The position numbers and the translations under genes were made by a program. The notes beneath the pieces are model-generated. The model was given only the letters and a program-made list of their open reading frames with translations. It did no database searches and was not told the origin of the DNA. 64,000 nt of DNA from Gemmatimonadales bacterium (GTDB lineage Bacteria > Gemmatimonadota > Gemmatimonadetes > Gemmatimonadales > GWC2-71-9), in contig DAINRR010000010.1 in the NCBI GenBank assembly GCA_036741715.1, forward strand, positions 136 through 64,135, given 5' to 3'. Below, one piece after another: positions 1 through 11,121 of this stretch; position 1 is the first letter of the stretch; every line of letters begins with the position of its first letter.

Positions 1-1173
1 TTCGGGTATGACCAGAAGCGCGTTCGCGCGGACCATCGAGGTGAGGATGCCGGAGCCCTGCGGTCCGGTCAGGCGCGCGGTGCGCTCGCCCTCCGGACCG
101 GAGACTACGGCGCGCAGGAAGTGCTGCAGCTTCGGCCTGAGCGAGATGCGCTCCGCTGCCCGGGCCACGACGGCCTGCCGAAAGGGGAGCTGGTGGCCCG
201 CCATCCGGCGGATGGCGGGGCGCACGAAGAGCTCGAAGGTCACCATGGTGCTGACCGGATTCCCGGGGAGTCCGATCCACGGGATCCCGCCGAGCAGCCC
301 GAAGCCCACCGGGGCTCCAGGCCGCATGCGCAGCTTCCAGAACTTCTGTTCGGCGCCCATGGCGGCGAGCACGTCCCGGAGATGGTCGTGCTCGCCGACG
401 CTGATTCCCGCTGTCGTGACGATGAGGTCGCAGTCGAGGCCCCGTGCAAGGTGCGCGCGGACGCTCTCGGGCGTGTCCTTCGCGATGCCGAGGTTCACCG
501 GCTCTCCCCCGGCGCGGCGGACGAGCGCGACGAGAGTGTGCGAGTTGCTGCTCGCGACCTTGCGCCCCGACAGGATCTCCTCGGGCTGGTCGATGTCTAC
601 GATCTCGTCCCCGCCGCCGAGGATGGCCACCCGCGGGCGCCGGTACACCAGTGGGTGCGCCAGGGCGATGGATGCGAGCACGCCGAGCTCGGCCGGGCCG
701 AGCGGCGTGCCGTCGCGCAGGACGACGTCTCCGCGCCGGAGATCTTCGCCCGCCTGCCGGATGTTGACCCGGGCGTCACGGTCGTCGTAGAGTGAGACCA
801 CCGCGGTGCCTTCGTCCGTGTCCTCCTGCCTCACGACGGTGTCGGCCCCCTCGGGAAGCGGCGCACCGGTGAAGATCCGCGCCGCTTCGCCCGCGCCGAT
901 GGGGCGCGTGGGGAACTGTCCGGCAGGAATGGTTTCGACGACTCGCAGGAGAACCGGTGCCGCGCGGCGGGCCCCGCCGATGTCCGCCGCGCGAACCGCG
1001 TACCCGTCCATGGCCGAGTTGGTCCAGGCGGGGAGGTCGACCGGGCTCGTCACCTCCTGCGCGAGCACCGAATCGAGGGCATCGTCGAGCGGCACGCGAA
1101 GCGAGGGCTGGCGGGAGACGTGCTCGAGAATCACGAGTGCGGCGTCGCGCGCGGCGAGCGGCGGCGCGCTCAT
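1..1173 (-). CDS. moeA: Molybdopterin molybdenumtransferase MoeA (3' end runs off the left edge)
   Basis: Manual translation from ATG 1173 gives MSAPPLAARDAAL...DLPAWTNSAMDGYAVR...ARIFTGAPLPEGADTVVRQED and ends ...NALLVIPE at position 1. ATGA overlap with the mobB stop. Not in the ORF track because it is unclosed. Confidence 0.95.
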   Translation of the reverse strand, partial: MSAPPLAARDAALVILEHVSRQPSLRVPLDDALDSVLAQEVTSPVDLPAWTNSAMDGYAVRAADIGGARRAAPVLLRVVETIPAGQFPTRPIGAGEAARIFTGAPLPEGADTVVRQEDTDEGTAVVSLYDDRDARVNIRQAGEDLRRGDVVLRDGTPLGPAELGVLASIALAHPLVYRRPRVAILGGGDEIVDIDQPEEILSGRKVASSNSHTLVALVRRAGGEPVNLGIAKDTPESVRAHLARGLDCDLIVTTAGISVGEHDHLRDVLAAMGAEQKFWKLRMRPGAPVGFGLLGGIPWIGLPGNPVSTMVTFELFVRPAIRRMAGHQLPFRQAVVARAAERISLRPKLQHFLRAVVSGPEGERTARLTGPQGSGILTSMVRANALLVIPE

Positions 1174-1700
1174 TCCGGGATCTCGAGCGCGCCGCTCCAC
1201 ACGAGGCTGGCCATCGTCGAGAGCCAGGCGGTGTCGCCGAACCGGAGCACGGGGCAGCCGGCGCGGAACGACGGATCGTCGGTGACGATGGCCAGCCACT
1301 CATCGCTGCGCGGGTCCGCCGGGTCGTAGTGCGGCGTGGGCGCCACCGACGGCCGGAAGACCTCGATCTTCGGCAGCGGCGCGCGGCTGAACCCTTCGGC
1401 GATGATGATGTCCGCGCCCGTGAGATACCGCCGCGCGAGCCCGACCGGGTCGTAGTCGTCGGGCGCGCGCTCGAAGAGGACCCGCAGGTCGGGTGAGGCG
1501 ATGAGCGTGCGCTCGGCGGGCCCTTCGTGGAAATGGCGCCAGGTATCCGTGCCCTGCCGGTCCGCCAGCGCGGGGTGGTGCCCGTGCTTCAGCGACATCA
1601 CCCGCTTGTGCCGCCGGACGAACTCGGAGATGAGCGCCACGGCGAGCGTGGTTTTCCCGGCGTTCTTGCGGCCGATTATCGAGACGATACGCGACGCCAC
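1170..1700 (-). CDS. mobB: Molybdopterin-guanine dinucleotide biosynthesis protein B
   Basis: IVSIIGRKNAGKTT P-loop, LKHGHH, DTWRH and IIAEGF motifs; GTG start at 1700. Confidence 0.9.
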   Translation of the reverse strand: MASRIVSIIGRKNAGKTTLAVALISEFVRRHKRVMSLKHGHHPALADRQGTDTWRHFHEGPAERTLIASPDLRVLFERAPDDYDPVGLARRYLTGADIIIAEGFSRAPLPKIEVFRPSVAPTPHYDPADPRSDEWLAIVTDDPSFRAGCPVLRFGDTAWLSTMASLVWSGALEIPE

Positions 1701-2287
1701 AGCAGCTCCGCCCGGGTGAGGTCCTGCGCCGTATTGACGTTGAAGAAGAGCTCCGCGGGATCGCCGATCTCGGCGACCTGCGCTGCGGGCAGCGTGGCCA
1801 CCCGGACGCTCGAGTGAAACCCGATCGCGCGCAGGTCTCCGGCCGCGATGGACTGCTCGATCGGCCCGACGCATCCCGGACCGTAGGCCGCGCAGAGGGG
1901 CTCGACGCCCCGGCGGTTCCCGCTTTCCGGAATGCACACGTCCGCATCGGCGAGTCCGGCGGCGAGCCTCAGGACCAGCGCCTCCGTGACAAAGGGCATG
2001 TCCCACGCCACGCACACCACCGGGGCCGGCGCCTCGGCCACCGCAGTGAGGATGCCCCCCAGCGATCCAGCACCCGGCACCCGGTCGGTCACCACCCGCA
2101 GGCCGGGAACCCAGGCGGCGGCATCGGGCGCATTGGCCACGAGAAGCGGCGCGTTTCCGAGCGCCCGGTCGAGCAGCGCAACGAGTCGATCGATGATGCG
2201 CGCGCCGCCGACGACCTCGAGCCCCTTCGGCGCCCCGCCGAAACGCGTGGCGCCACCACCGGCGAGAATGGCGCCGGCCACGCTCAA
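1676..2287 (-). CDS. mobA: Molybdenum cofactor guanylyltransferase
   Basis: AILAGGGATRFGGAPKGL, VAWDMPF, VEPLCAAY and FFNVNT motifs; TTG start overlaps the upstream stop. Confidence 0.92.
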   Translation of the reverse strand: MSVAGAILAGGGATRFGGAPKGLEVVGGARIIDRLVALLDRALGNAPLLVANAPDAAAWVPGLRVVTDRVPGAGSLGGILTAVAEAPAPVVCVAWDMPFVTEALVLRLAAGLADADVCIPESGNRRGVEPLCAAYGPGCVGPIEQSIAAGDLRAIGFHSSVRVATLPAAQVAEIGDPAELFFNVNTAQDLTRAELLWRRVSSR

Positions 2288-3096
2288 TAGCGGCGCCCCC
2301 GCTCCCGTTCGAGCACGACGTCGAAGCCGATCTGAAAGCCGAAGAGGTGGCGGTACCGCAGCGACGTCGGCGGCGGCACGCCATCCTGCACGGTGGGCCC
2401 CGTGACCCCGCGCACGCCGACGATCCGGTCGGTCACCTCCCAGCGCACCTGGTAGCCCCGACCGATCACCGCCGTGAATCCGAGTGCGAGCGTGGCGGCA
2501 CCGGTCAGCCGCGTATTCACGTCGTCCGGATAGAGCTCGACCTCGACCGGCTCGCCCTCGGGATTGGGAAAGCGACCGATCATCTCGATCGAGCTCTGCG
2601 TGCTGATCACCCCGCCGAGCCCGACGCGGGCAAAGGGCGAGACCGTGCTCCGGCTGTTGATGCGATAGATGGCGCCCGCGCCGACGAGAACGGCCGATCC
2701 GGACGACTCCGCATTGTCGATGTTGCCGCACACCGACGTGTTGCGCGAGGAGGCCGTGGCGAACGTCCGTGTGCACGAATCCCGGAACCCGAGGCCGATG
2801 AGCTGCGCCTCGCCGAGGAACCCGAGGTTGTCGCTGGCGAAGTAGATGGCCTGCGCCCCGAACGAGAGCGAGGGGCGGATCCGGCGATTGATCGTCAGCG
2901 AGTCGATCTGAGCCGGGTCGGGGAATTGATCGTCGTAAAGCGGCTGGCCGCTCACGCGCCAGCCGGACGTCCCCGGGATGTAGCCGGCGTTCACGCTGAG
3001 CACGAGGCGCGCCTGGTCGGCCGTGGCCTGCGCGGAAAGAGTGCCGCTGCTCGCGAGCACGATCGCGAAGAAGGAGAGGAGCCGGCGCGAGTGCAT
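2284..3096 (-). CDS. Secreted, probable outer-membrane beta-barrel protein
   Basis: Signal peptide MHSRRLLSFFAIVLASSGTLSAQ; alternating hydrophobic beta-strand pattern; start and stop overlap both neighbours. Confidence 0.7.
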   Translation of the reverse strand: MHSRRLLSFFAIVLASSGTLSAQATADQARLVLSVNAGYIPGTSGWRVSGQPLYDDQFPDPAQIDSLTINRRIRPSLSFGAQAIYFASDNLGFLGEAQLIGLGFRDSCTRTFATASSRNTSVCGNIDNAESSGSAVLVGAGAIYRINSRSTVSPFARVGLGGVISTQSSIEMIGRFPNPEGEPVEVELYPDDVNTRLTGAATLALGFTAVIGRGYQVRWEVTDRIVGVRGVTGPTVQDGVPPPTSLRYRHLFGFQIGFDVVLERERGRRY

Positions 3097-3512
3097 CAGA
3101 GGCCCATGAGTTGATGGTCGACGGCGAGGCAGCGATTCTGGACCGCGGGGATGCCGGCCGCTTCGAGCTCGGCCAGCGCCGCATCGTGCCGTATTCCTAC
3201 CTGTAGCCAGACGAGCAGCGGGCGCACGGCGACACATTCCGGCACGAGGGCAGGGATCGCCTCCGACCGGCGGAACACGTCGACGATGTCGATCGGCCCG
3301 GCGGCGGCGGCCGTCTCGAGATCGGCGTACCCCTGCTCGCCGAGCACGACCTCGGCTCGCGGATGGATGGGGATGATGGTATAGCCGGCGCGCTGCAGGT
3401 AGCCGGCCACGCCGTACGCCGGCCGCATCGGGTTGTTCCGGAGCCCGACGACGGCTATTCGCCGGGCGGCACCGAGGATGGAGCGGAGATCGGGTTCGGA
3501 GGGTGCCATCAT
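3096..3512 (-). CDS. CoA-binding protein (YccU-like)
   Basis: RIAVVGLRNNPMRPAYGVAGYLQRAGY, IDIVDVFRRSE, VWLQVGI and QNRCL are typical of this family. Confidence 0.9.
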   Translation of the reverse strand: MMAPSEPDLRSILGAARRIAVVGLRNNPMRPAYGVAGYLQRAGYTIIPIHPRAEVVLGEQGYADLETAAAAGPIDIVDVFRRSEAIPALVPECVAVRPLLVWLQVGIRHDAALAELEAAGIPAVQNRCLAVDHQLMGL

Positions 3513-4282
3513 TCTGCCTCGACCGGAGGGCCGTGCCGGTGGGGATGCCCGCTGACCGCCCGGCCGACGAGGACCATCCCCGAGCGGCGGGCGATCTCCA
3601 CCGCGAGCGTCGAGGGAACCGAGGGTGTGGCCACCCACGCGAGCCCTGCCCGTGACGCCTTGAACGCGAGCTCTCCCGAGATCCGTCCGGTCACGAGCAT
3701 CCCGAGCCCCAGGACACGGCGGCGCGCGAGGAGTGCGATCCCGATCGCCTTGTCCACGGCGTTGTGGCGGCCGATGTCTTCCGCGTGCGCGATCAGCTCG
3801 GCGCCGTCCGTGAGTGCGGCGGCATGGATCCCGCCGGTATCCCGATAGCGCTCGCCGCGCCCGAACAGGTCCTTGAAGCGGGCGCGGAGCACATCGACGC
3901 CGGGAGGCTCGCCGCGCGCGGGCTCGGCCTCCACGGTGACCGGATCCGCCAGGAAAGTCGTGACGGCCCCGCAGCCCGACGCAAGCACCGGTCGGCGCCG
4001 CTCGGCGTCGACCCGGCTCACCCGTTCCGGGTCCACTTCGGCCCAGAAGCCGAGGTCGCTCGCACACGGGCGGAGCCGCACACCCGCGGCATCGTCGATG
4101 AATCCCTCGCCATGCAGCCAGCCGATGGCGAGCTCCTCGAGCAGGTCGGGCGTGCACATCCACGTGACCACCGGCCGGCCATTCACCTCGAGCCAGACCG
4201 GCACTTCCTCGACCGCCGCCGACTCCGCCATGGCGCCACCGCGCTTCGGCGGCCGGTCAGGCGGAACGGCCGGATCGGGCAT
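3509..4282 (-). CDS. fdhD: Formate dehydrogenase accessory sulfurtransferase FdhD
   Basis: EEVPVWLEVNG, TWMCTP..LEELAIGWL..EG, SGCG, TGGIHAAAL, EDIGRHNAVDKAIG and TGRISGE; start is 4282 or 4231. Confidence 0.92.
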   Translation of the reverse strand: MPDPAVPPDRPPKRGGAMAESAAVEEVPVWLEVNGRPVVTWMCTPDLLEELAIGWLHGEGFIDDAAGVRLRPCASDLGFWAEVDPERVSRVDAERRRPVLASGCGAVTTFLADPVTVEAEPARGEPPGVDVLRARFKDLFGRGERYRDTGGIHAAALTDGAELIAHAEDIGRHNAVDKAIGIALLARRRVLGLGMLVTGRISGELAFKASRAGLAWVATPSVPSTLAVEIARRSGMVLVGRAVSGHPHRHGPPVEAE

Positions 4283-4284
4283 CG

Positions 4285-5010
4285 TCAGAACCTGACCATG
4301 TACCCGATGCCCACCTGGAACCATGGGTTGATCGTCCATTCATCGAGCTTCCCATCGGGGATCACGGCATTCGGCGCTTCGGGCGTGCCGGGCTCCTCCG
4401 GCGGCTCGATCCCGAAGGACGTCGGGTAGTTCACCTTCCAGAAGATGCCGCGAACTTCGGCCCGCAGGTGGAGGTTCCGGGTCAGGAAGAACCGCGTACC
4501 GAGCTGAGGGCCCACATAGAACTTGCTGCCGAAATCATAGCCGCTGGTATCGGCCGCGAGGTCCTCGCCGAACGCGACACCGAGCGTCACCCCCGTGAAC
4601 GGCGCCAGGCCGTGCCACGTCTTCGCGCCGGTGACGTTGAACTGGACCGTGGCATCGAGGAAGGTCGTCGTCTGGTCGAACGGTCCGCTGCGGCGCCGGG
4701 CCAGCGCAACGAACGGGTCCACGATGAACCGGTCGAGGGCACCGCGGGCAGCGCTGAACCCGAACTGCACCGTCTTTCCGGCGCGCAGGTCGTAGCGCAG
4801 GCCGTAGGTATACCCGTTGTGCGCGCCGATGCCGAACTTGCCGCCGCCCCCCGCGAAGTAGCCGGCGACGGGCGTGAAGCTGTGGGCGTCGACGATGTCC
4901 TCGTACGGGCTCGCGGCCGGCGCGTGCCCGACCTGGGCAGTGGCCGGGGCGGGTAGCGCGAGCATGCAGAGCATGGCGCCGATCGGCAGTGTCCGCATGT
5001 GCCTCGTCAT
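4285..5010 (-). CDS. Secreted outer-membrane beta-barrel protein
   Basis: Signal peptide ending ATAQ; C-terminal beta-signal-like WFQVGIGYMVRF. Confidence 0.7.
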   Translation of the reverse strand: MTRHMRTLPIGAMLCMLALPAPATAQVGHAPAASPYEDIVDAHSFTPVAGYFAGGGGKFGIGAHNGYTYGLRYDLRAGKTVQFGFSAARGALDRFIVDPFVALARRRSGPFDQTTTFLDATVQFNVTGAKTWHGLAPFTGVTLGVAFGEDLAADTSGYDFGSKFYVGPQLGTRFFLTRNLHLRAEVRGIFWKVNYPTSFGIEPPEEPGTPEAPNAVIPDGKLDEWTINPWFQVGIGYMVRF

Positions 5011-6560
5011 GGTTCGCGCAGGTCCCTTCCGGTCATCTCGGGTGGCGGCTCGATGCCGAGCAGCCGAAGCACCGTCGGGCCGACGTCACAGAGCGCGCCG
5101 CCGGAGCGGAGGCGCGAGGTGCCGGCCCGTAGGGCCACGAGCGGCACGGGATTGGTCGTATGGGCCGTGTGCGGTCCGCCACTCACGGGGTCGATCATCA
5201 TTTCGCAGTTGCCGTGGTCGGCAGTGACCAGCACGGTCGCATCCGCCGATTCGGCTGCCGCGAGGACGCGGCCGAGGCACGTGTCCACCGTCTCGACGGC
5301 GCGGATCACGGCGGGAATCACGCCCGTATGCCCGACCATGTCGGCATTGGCGAAGTTGCAGAGGAAGAAGTCGTGCGCTCCCTCGGCCAGCCCGCTGCAC
5401 AGTGTCTCGGTGATCCCGGCCGCGCTCATCTCCGGCGCGAGATCGTACGTCGCGACTTTCTGCGAGGGGACCAGCCGCCGGTCTTCACCCCGGAACGGCG
5501 GCTCGTGCCCGCCGTTGAAGAAGTAGGTCACGTGCGGGTACTTCTCCGTCTCGGCGGTCCGCAGCTGCGTCCGCCCGTGCGCCTCGAGCACCTCGGCGAC
5601 GATGCGCGCCATGCTGAACGGCGGAAATGCCTGCGGCAGGGTGAACGTCTGGTCGTACTGCGTCATCGTGACGGCGGCGAGCGCAGGACGATCCGACACG
5701 TCGAACCCGGTGAATCCATCGACGGTGAGTGCCGAAACGATCTGCCGCATCCGGTCACTCCGGTAATTGACGCAGATCATGGCGTCACCGTCCTGCATCG
5801 GCGCCACCGGGAGGCCGTCGCGATGGACCACGAGCGGGCGGATGAATTCGTCGGTCTCGCCGCGCGCGTAGCACGCCTCGACGGCGCCGGCGGGATCGGC
5901 GATGGACTCGCCGGACCCGTGCACGAGCGCGTCGTAGGCGGTGCGCGTGCGCTCCCACCGGCGGTCGCGATCCATACCGTAGTACCGCCCCGTGAGCGAA
6001 GCGATCACCCCGCGCGCTCCCGCGGCCCGGGCAAGATCCCGGTCCAGCCGGCGAACGACGTCCGCGCCGAGCGTCGGCGAGGCATCCCGCCCGTCGAGGA
6101 AGCCCTGGATCGCGATGCGCGGCACCCCGAGGCGCGTGCCCAGCTCGATGCACGCGAGCCAGTGTGAGTCGATGGCGTGCACCCCACCGGGGCCGAGCAG
6201 CCCGACGAGATGGAGCGTGCCGCCGGTGCGCCGCAGGTGCGTCCCGAGCGACAGGAACGGCTCGAGCGCGAAGAAGTCGCCCCGCTCGATGCTCTGGTTG
6301 ATGCGGACGAGATCCTGCGGCACCACCCGGCCGGCGCCGAGGTTGAGGTGCCCGACTTCGCTGTTGCCCATCTGCCCGGGCGGAAGGCCCACCGCGAGAC
6401 CGCTCGCCTCGAGGAGCGTCCGTGTCTCGGAAGCCCAGAGCCGCTGCCAGACCGGCGCACGGGCGAGCTCGATCGCGTTTCCTTCGCGTTCGCTGCGGTA
6501 ACCCCACCCGTCGAGCACGACCAGCACGACCGGCGCTCGGCGCGCGGTGCCGTTTGACAT
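5007..6560 (-). CDS. gpmI: 2,3-bisphosphoglycerate-independent phosphoglycerate mutase
   Basis: LVVLDGWG, GQMGNSEVGH, GRYYGMDRD, AETEKYPHVTYFFNGG, NADMVGHTG, TADHGN and HTAHTTNPVP. Confidence 0.98.
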   Translation of the reverse strand: MSNGTARRAPVVLVVLDGWGYRSEREGNAIELARAPVWQRLWASETRTLLEASGLAVGLPPGQMGNSEVGHLNLGAGRVVPQDLVRINQSIERGDFFALEPFLSLGTHLRRTGGTLHLVGLLGPGGVHAIDSHWLACIELGTRLGVPRIAIQGFLDGRDASPTLGADVVRRLDRDLARAAGARGVIASLTGRYYGMDRDRRWERTRTAYDALVHGSGESIADPAGAVEACYARGETDEFIRPLVVHRDGLPVAPMQDGDAMICVNYRSDRMRQIVSALTVDGFTGFDVSDRPALAAVTMTQYDQTFTLPQAFPPFSMARIVAEVLEAHGRTQLRTAETEKYPHVTYFFNGGHEPPFRGEDRRLVPSQKVATYDLAPEMSAAGITETLCSGLAEGAHDFFLCNFANADMVGHTGVIPAVIRAVETVDTCLGRVLAAAESADATVLVTADHGNCEMMIDPVSGGPHTAHTTNPVPLVALRAGTSRLRSGGALCDVGPTVLRLLGIEPPPEMTGRDLREP

Positions 6561-6582
6561 GATTCTCCGCGTGTTCTACAAT
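6554..6582 (+). promoter_or_regulatory. Sigma70-type promoter TTGACA-N17-TACAAT, 8 nt before ATG 6591
   Basis: TTGACA at 6554-6559, TACAAT at 6577-6582, 17-nt spacer; the -35 overlaps the start codon of divergent gpmI. Confidence 0.75.
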
Positions 6583-6590
6583 GCCGAACG

Positions 6591-7727
6591 ATGACTTACG
6601 CGCCGCAATCTAGTCCGCCCCGAACCCGGCTACCAGCCTGTATCGCCGCCGTCCTCGCGGTGTTGCTCGTCGCGAGTGCACCCCTCGCCGCGCAACAGCG
6701 CCGGGGCGTCGCTCCCACGTCGATCCATGCCGCGCCGAGCGGCGTGGTGCTCGCGCGCCTCCCGGATCGCACCACGCTCGCGACCGGCTCGTCGCGGAGC
6801 GGCTGGCGCGAGGTGACGCTCGACGGCTGGGTCGCGACGTCACTCCTCAGGGCCGATCGCCGGAACGGATTCGACGTCTCGGTGACGGGCACCGATGTCC
6901 GTCTGCGCGCGGCGCCGGATGGCGCGCAGATCGCGCTGCTCGAGAAGGGCATGCTCCTCGATCGCGTCGGCACGCGCGGGCGCTGGACCCACGTGCGCCG
7001 CAGGGGCTGGGTGCGCGGCAGCGCGATCGCAGCCCCAGCCCCGGCCACCGCCGCCCGGCAGTCTCCCCGCACCACGGCGCCGCGGCCGGCCGATTCGGCG
7101 CGCGCGACCGCGACACGCGACACGCAGCCCGACAGCGCGGCGGCGTATCGGCCGATGCAGGCACCGGCACCGGCGGGCACCACCCCGGCCACCACGCCCG
7201 CCGACACGGAGATCATGGAGGCGGCGCGCGCCGCATCGCTTCACGCGGTTCCCGAGGGCCCCCGGAGCGGGAGCTTCGTTCCCGGCACGCCGGTCACGAT
7301 CGTCGGCCGGGCGGGGGAGTGGGTGCGGGTGCGGGCCGAGGGGTGGGTCCGCGAATCCGAATTGAAGCCCGCCACCGGTGGGCCCCTGGTGGGTGTGACT
7401 GCCGCCGAGGTGCGCGCCAATCCGGAACGCTACGTCGGGCAGACCGTCGAGTGGCGCCTGCAGTACGTCTCTACCGCGGTGGCGGACGAGCTGCGTCCGG
7501 AAATGCCGCCCGGCCAGCCGTACATCCTGGCGCGGGGTCCGCTGCCTGAGCCGGGGTTCGTCTACCTCATGGTCACGCCGCAGGAGCTCGCCCAGATCAG
7601 CGCCTTTCCCGCGCTCACCGAGCTCACGGTCAGGGCCTCCGTCCGCGCGGCGCGCACCCGCTTCCTCGCCACGCCAGTCATTCAGCTGCGGACGCTCGTA
7701 TCGCCCGCGGCGCGCGCCGGCAACTGA
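6591..7727 (+). CDS. Secreted protein with several SH3b-like repeats
   Basis: Signal peptide ending LAAQ; three segments with G-W-x-x-V...GWV pattern (SGWREVTLDGWV, GRWTHVRRRGWV, GEWVRVRAEGWV); Pro/Ala linker. Confidence 0.7.
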   Translation: MTYAPQSSPPRTRLPACIAAVLAVLLVASAPLAAQQRRGVAPTSIHAAPSGVVLARLPDRTTLATGSSRSGWREVTLDGWVATSLLRADRRNGFDVSVTGTDVRLRAAPDGAQIALLEKGMLLDRVGTRGRWTHVRRRGWVRGSAIAAPAPATAARQSPRTTAPRPADSARATATRDTQPDSAAAYRPMQAPAPAGTTPATTPADTEIMEAARAASLHAVPEGPRSGSFVPGTPVTIVGRAGEWVRVRAEGWVRESELKPATGGPLVGVTAAEVRANPERYVGQTVEWRLQYVSTAVADELRPEMPPGQPYILARGPLPEPGFVYLMVTPQELAQISAFPALTELTVRASVRAARTRFLATPVIQLRTLVSPAARAGN

Positions 7728-8962
7728 TGCTGCTCGCGGTGCCGTCGGATGCCGTGCTTTCGATTCCGGCCATCCTCCTCGTGCTCGCGGCGACACTCGC
7801 CGGCGCCAAGCTCGTCGGCGAGCTCGCCGAGCGCATCGGCCAGCCCGCGGTCCTTGGCGAGCTGATCGCCGGGGTCATTCTCGGTCCATCCATCCTCGCG
7901 ATCGTCGATCCCGGTGTCCCGGTCATCCACATCCTCGCCGAGATCGGTGTCGTCATCCTGCTCTTCCAGATCGGGCTCGAGACCGACATCCGGAAGCTGA
8001 TGTCGGTCGGCGGCACGGCGGCGATGGTGGCGCTCGTGGGTGTGGCCCTTCCCTTCGGGCTCGGGTACGGCATCGGTGCGGCGCTCGGATTCGGCCACCT
8101 CGAAACGCTCGTGATGGCAGCGGCGCTGACGGCGACGTCGGTCGGCATCACCGCGCGCGTCCTGTCCGATCTTGGCCGCCTGAACGACACCGAAAGCCAG
8201 GTGGTGCTCGGCGCGGCCGTCATCGACGACATCATCGGCCTCATCATTCTCGCGGTCGTCTCGAAGCTGGTTGCGGGCGGGGAGCTCACGCCGCTCGGCG
8301 TCACCGTCACCACGCTCACCGCGTTCGGGTTCGTCGTGGTCGCCCTGGTGATCGGGCGCTTCGCGGTCCCGCCGCTCTTCGGACTCCTCGAGCGCCTGAG
8401 CACCGAGCAGACGGTGGCGATCATGGGCCTCGTCGTCGCCTTCCTGGTGGCAGTGCTGGCCGACGCAGTCGGCTCGGCCCTGATCATCGGCGCGTTCACG
8501 GCAGGCCTCGTCTTCGCCCCCACCCGCCATGCGCACACGATCGAGCTGGGCGTCGTGAGGCTGGGGCATTTCTTCGTGCCGATCTTCTTCATCTGGGTCG
8601 GCGCGTCGGTCGACGTGCGTACGTTCGCCGATCCGCGCGTGCTGATGGTCGGCGGGCTGCTCATCGTCGCCGCGATCGTCGGCAAGCTCGCGGCCGGGTA
8701 CGCGCCATTCTGGTTCAAGGGGCGGAAGCTCGTGGTCGGTGTCGGCATGATTCCGCGCGGCGAAGTCGGGCTGATTTTCGCCCAGACCGGCCTGAGCGCC
8801 GGGGTGCTGACCGCAGGAGACTTCTCGGCGGTCACGCTCATGGTGATCGTGACGACTTTCATTGCACCGCCCCTGCTCAAGCGCCTGCTTGGCCCCGGTA
8901 CCGGAGCGAGAACGACGGGCGACGATGCCGAGCGTCCCGGCAGCCTCGTGCACGAGGCATGA
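7727..8962 (+). CDS. Cation:proton antiporter (CPA2 family)
   Basis: IGQPAVLGELIAGVILGP, LFQIGLE, ATSVGIT, LGAAVIDDIIG and GMIPRGEVGLI; about 12 TM segments. Confidence 0.92.
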   Translation: MLLAVPSDAVLSIPAILLVLAATLAGAKLVGELAERIGQPAVLGELIAGVILGPSILAIVDPGVPVIHILAEIGVVILLFQIGLETDIRKLMSVGGTAAMVALVGVALPFGLGYGIGAALGFGHLETLVMAAALTATSVGITARVLSDLGRLNDTESQVVLGAAVIDDIIGLIILAVVSKLVAGGELTPLGVTVTTLTAFGFVVVALVIGRFAVPPLFGLLERLSTEQTVAIMGLVVAFLVAVLADAVGSALIIGAFTAGLVFAPTRHAHTIELGVVRLGHFFVPIFFIWVGASVDVRTFADPRVLMVGGLLIVAAIVGKLAAGYAPFWFKGRKLVVGVGMIPRGEVGLIFAQTGLSAGVLTAGDFSAVTLMVIVTTFIAPPLLKRLLGPGTGARTTGDDAERPGSLVHEA

Positions 8963-9058
8963 CCCGCTGGAGTAGCGTCCCGGCCGGCGGCGTGTCACCT
9001 TTCAGGATGTAACGCGGCCGGCCCCCGCCGGCCGCCGATCCGTGCGCCGGGAGCAGGC

Positions 9059-9430
9059 ATGAATGACCTTCTGAAGCAGCGCATCCTTCGCGCGCTCGAA
9101 ACCCTGAGCGACGACAGAGCGTATCAGGTCCTCGATTACGTCGAATTTCTCGAGAGCAAGTATGCCGAGCGGCAGCGGCCGAGCGGGATCCTGGCCCGGC
9201 TGACCGAGACGGTCGAGGACACGATGCGGGCGGGCAAACTGCCCGTGAAGGCGATCAGCGGGACGATGGGCATCATGGACAGTGCGGCCAAGGTCATGAA
9301 AGGCCTCGCCGCGGCGGGCCAGTCCGTCGTGGAAGAGGCGGTCAAGGTCGTCGAGCCTCCGCGACCGGCTTCCCCGGCGGCCTCGGAGCCGGCGCCGCCC
9401 CGACCGCCGGCCGAGGGAACGGGAAGCTGA
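9059..9430 (+). CDS. Hypothetical protein (N-terminus resembles DUF2281)
   Basis: GGAG RBS; LETLSDDRAYQVLDYVEFLESKY pattern; coding-like codon usage. Confidence 0.65.
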   Translation: MNDLLKQRILRALETLSDDRAYQVLDYVEFLESKYAERQRPSGILARLTETVEDTMRAGKLPVKAISGTMGIMDSAAKVMKGLAAAGQSVVEEAVKVVEPPRPASPAASEPAPPRPPAEGTGS

Positions 9431-11032
<1,602 letters not shown>

Positions 11033-11121
11033 CGTTTCTCGCTTCACATCCGAAGTGTCATGGGGTCCGGCGGTCTCCGCCGCCGGCCTTGCCGTGCCTG
11101 ATCCCCCGTCCCGGGAACCTG

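Noticed and set aside
1-5010. Selenocysteine or stop-codon readthrough in the Moco/FdhD genes
   Set aside because: Each gene appears full length at its stop, and the TGA codons are ordinary overlaps with downstream starts.
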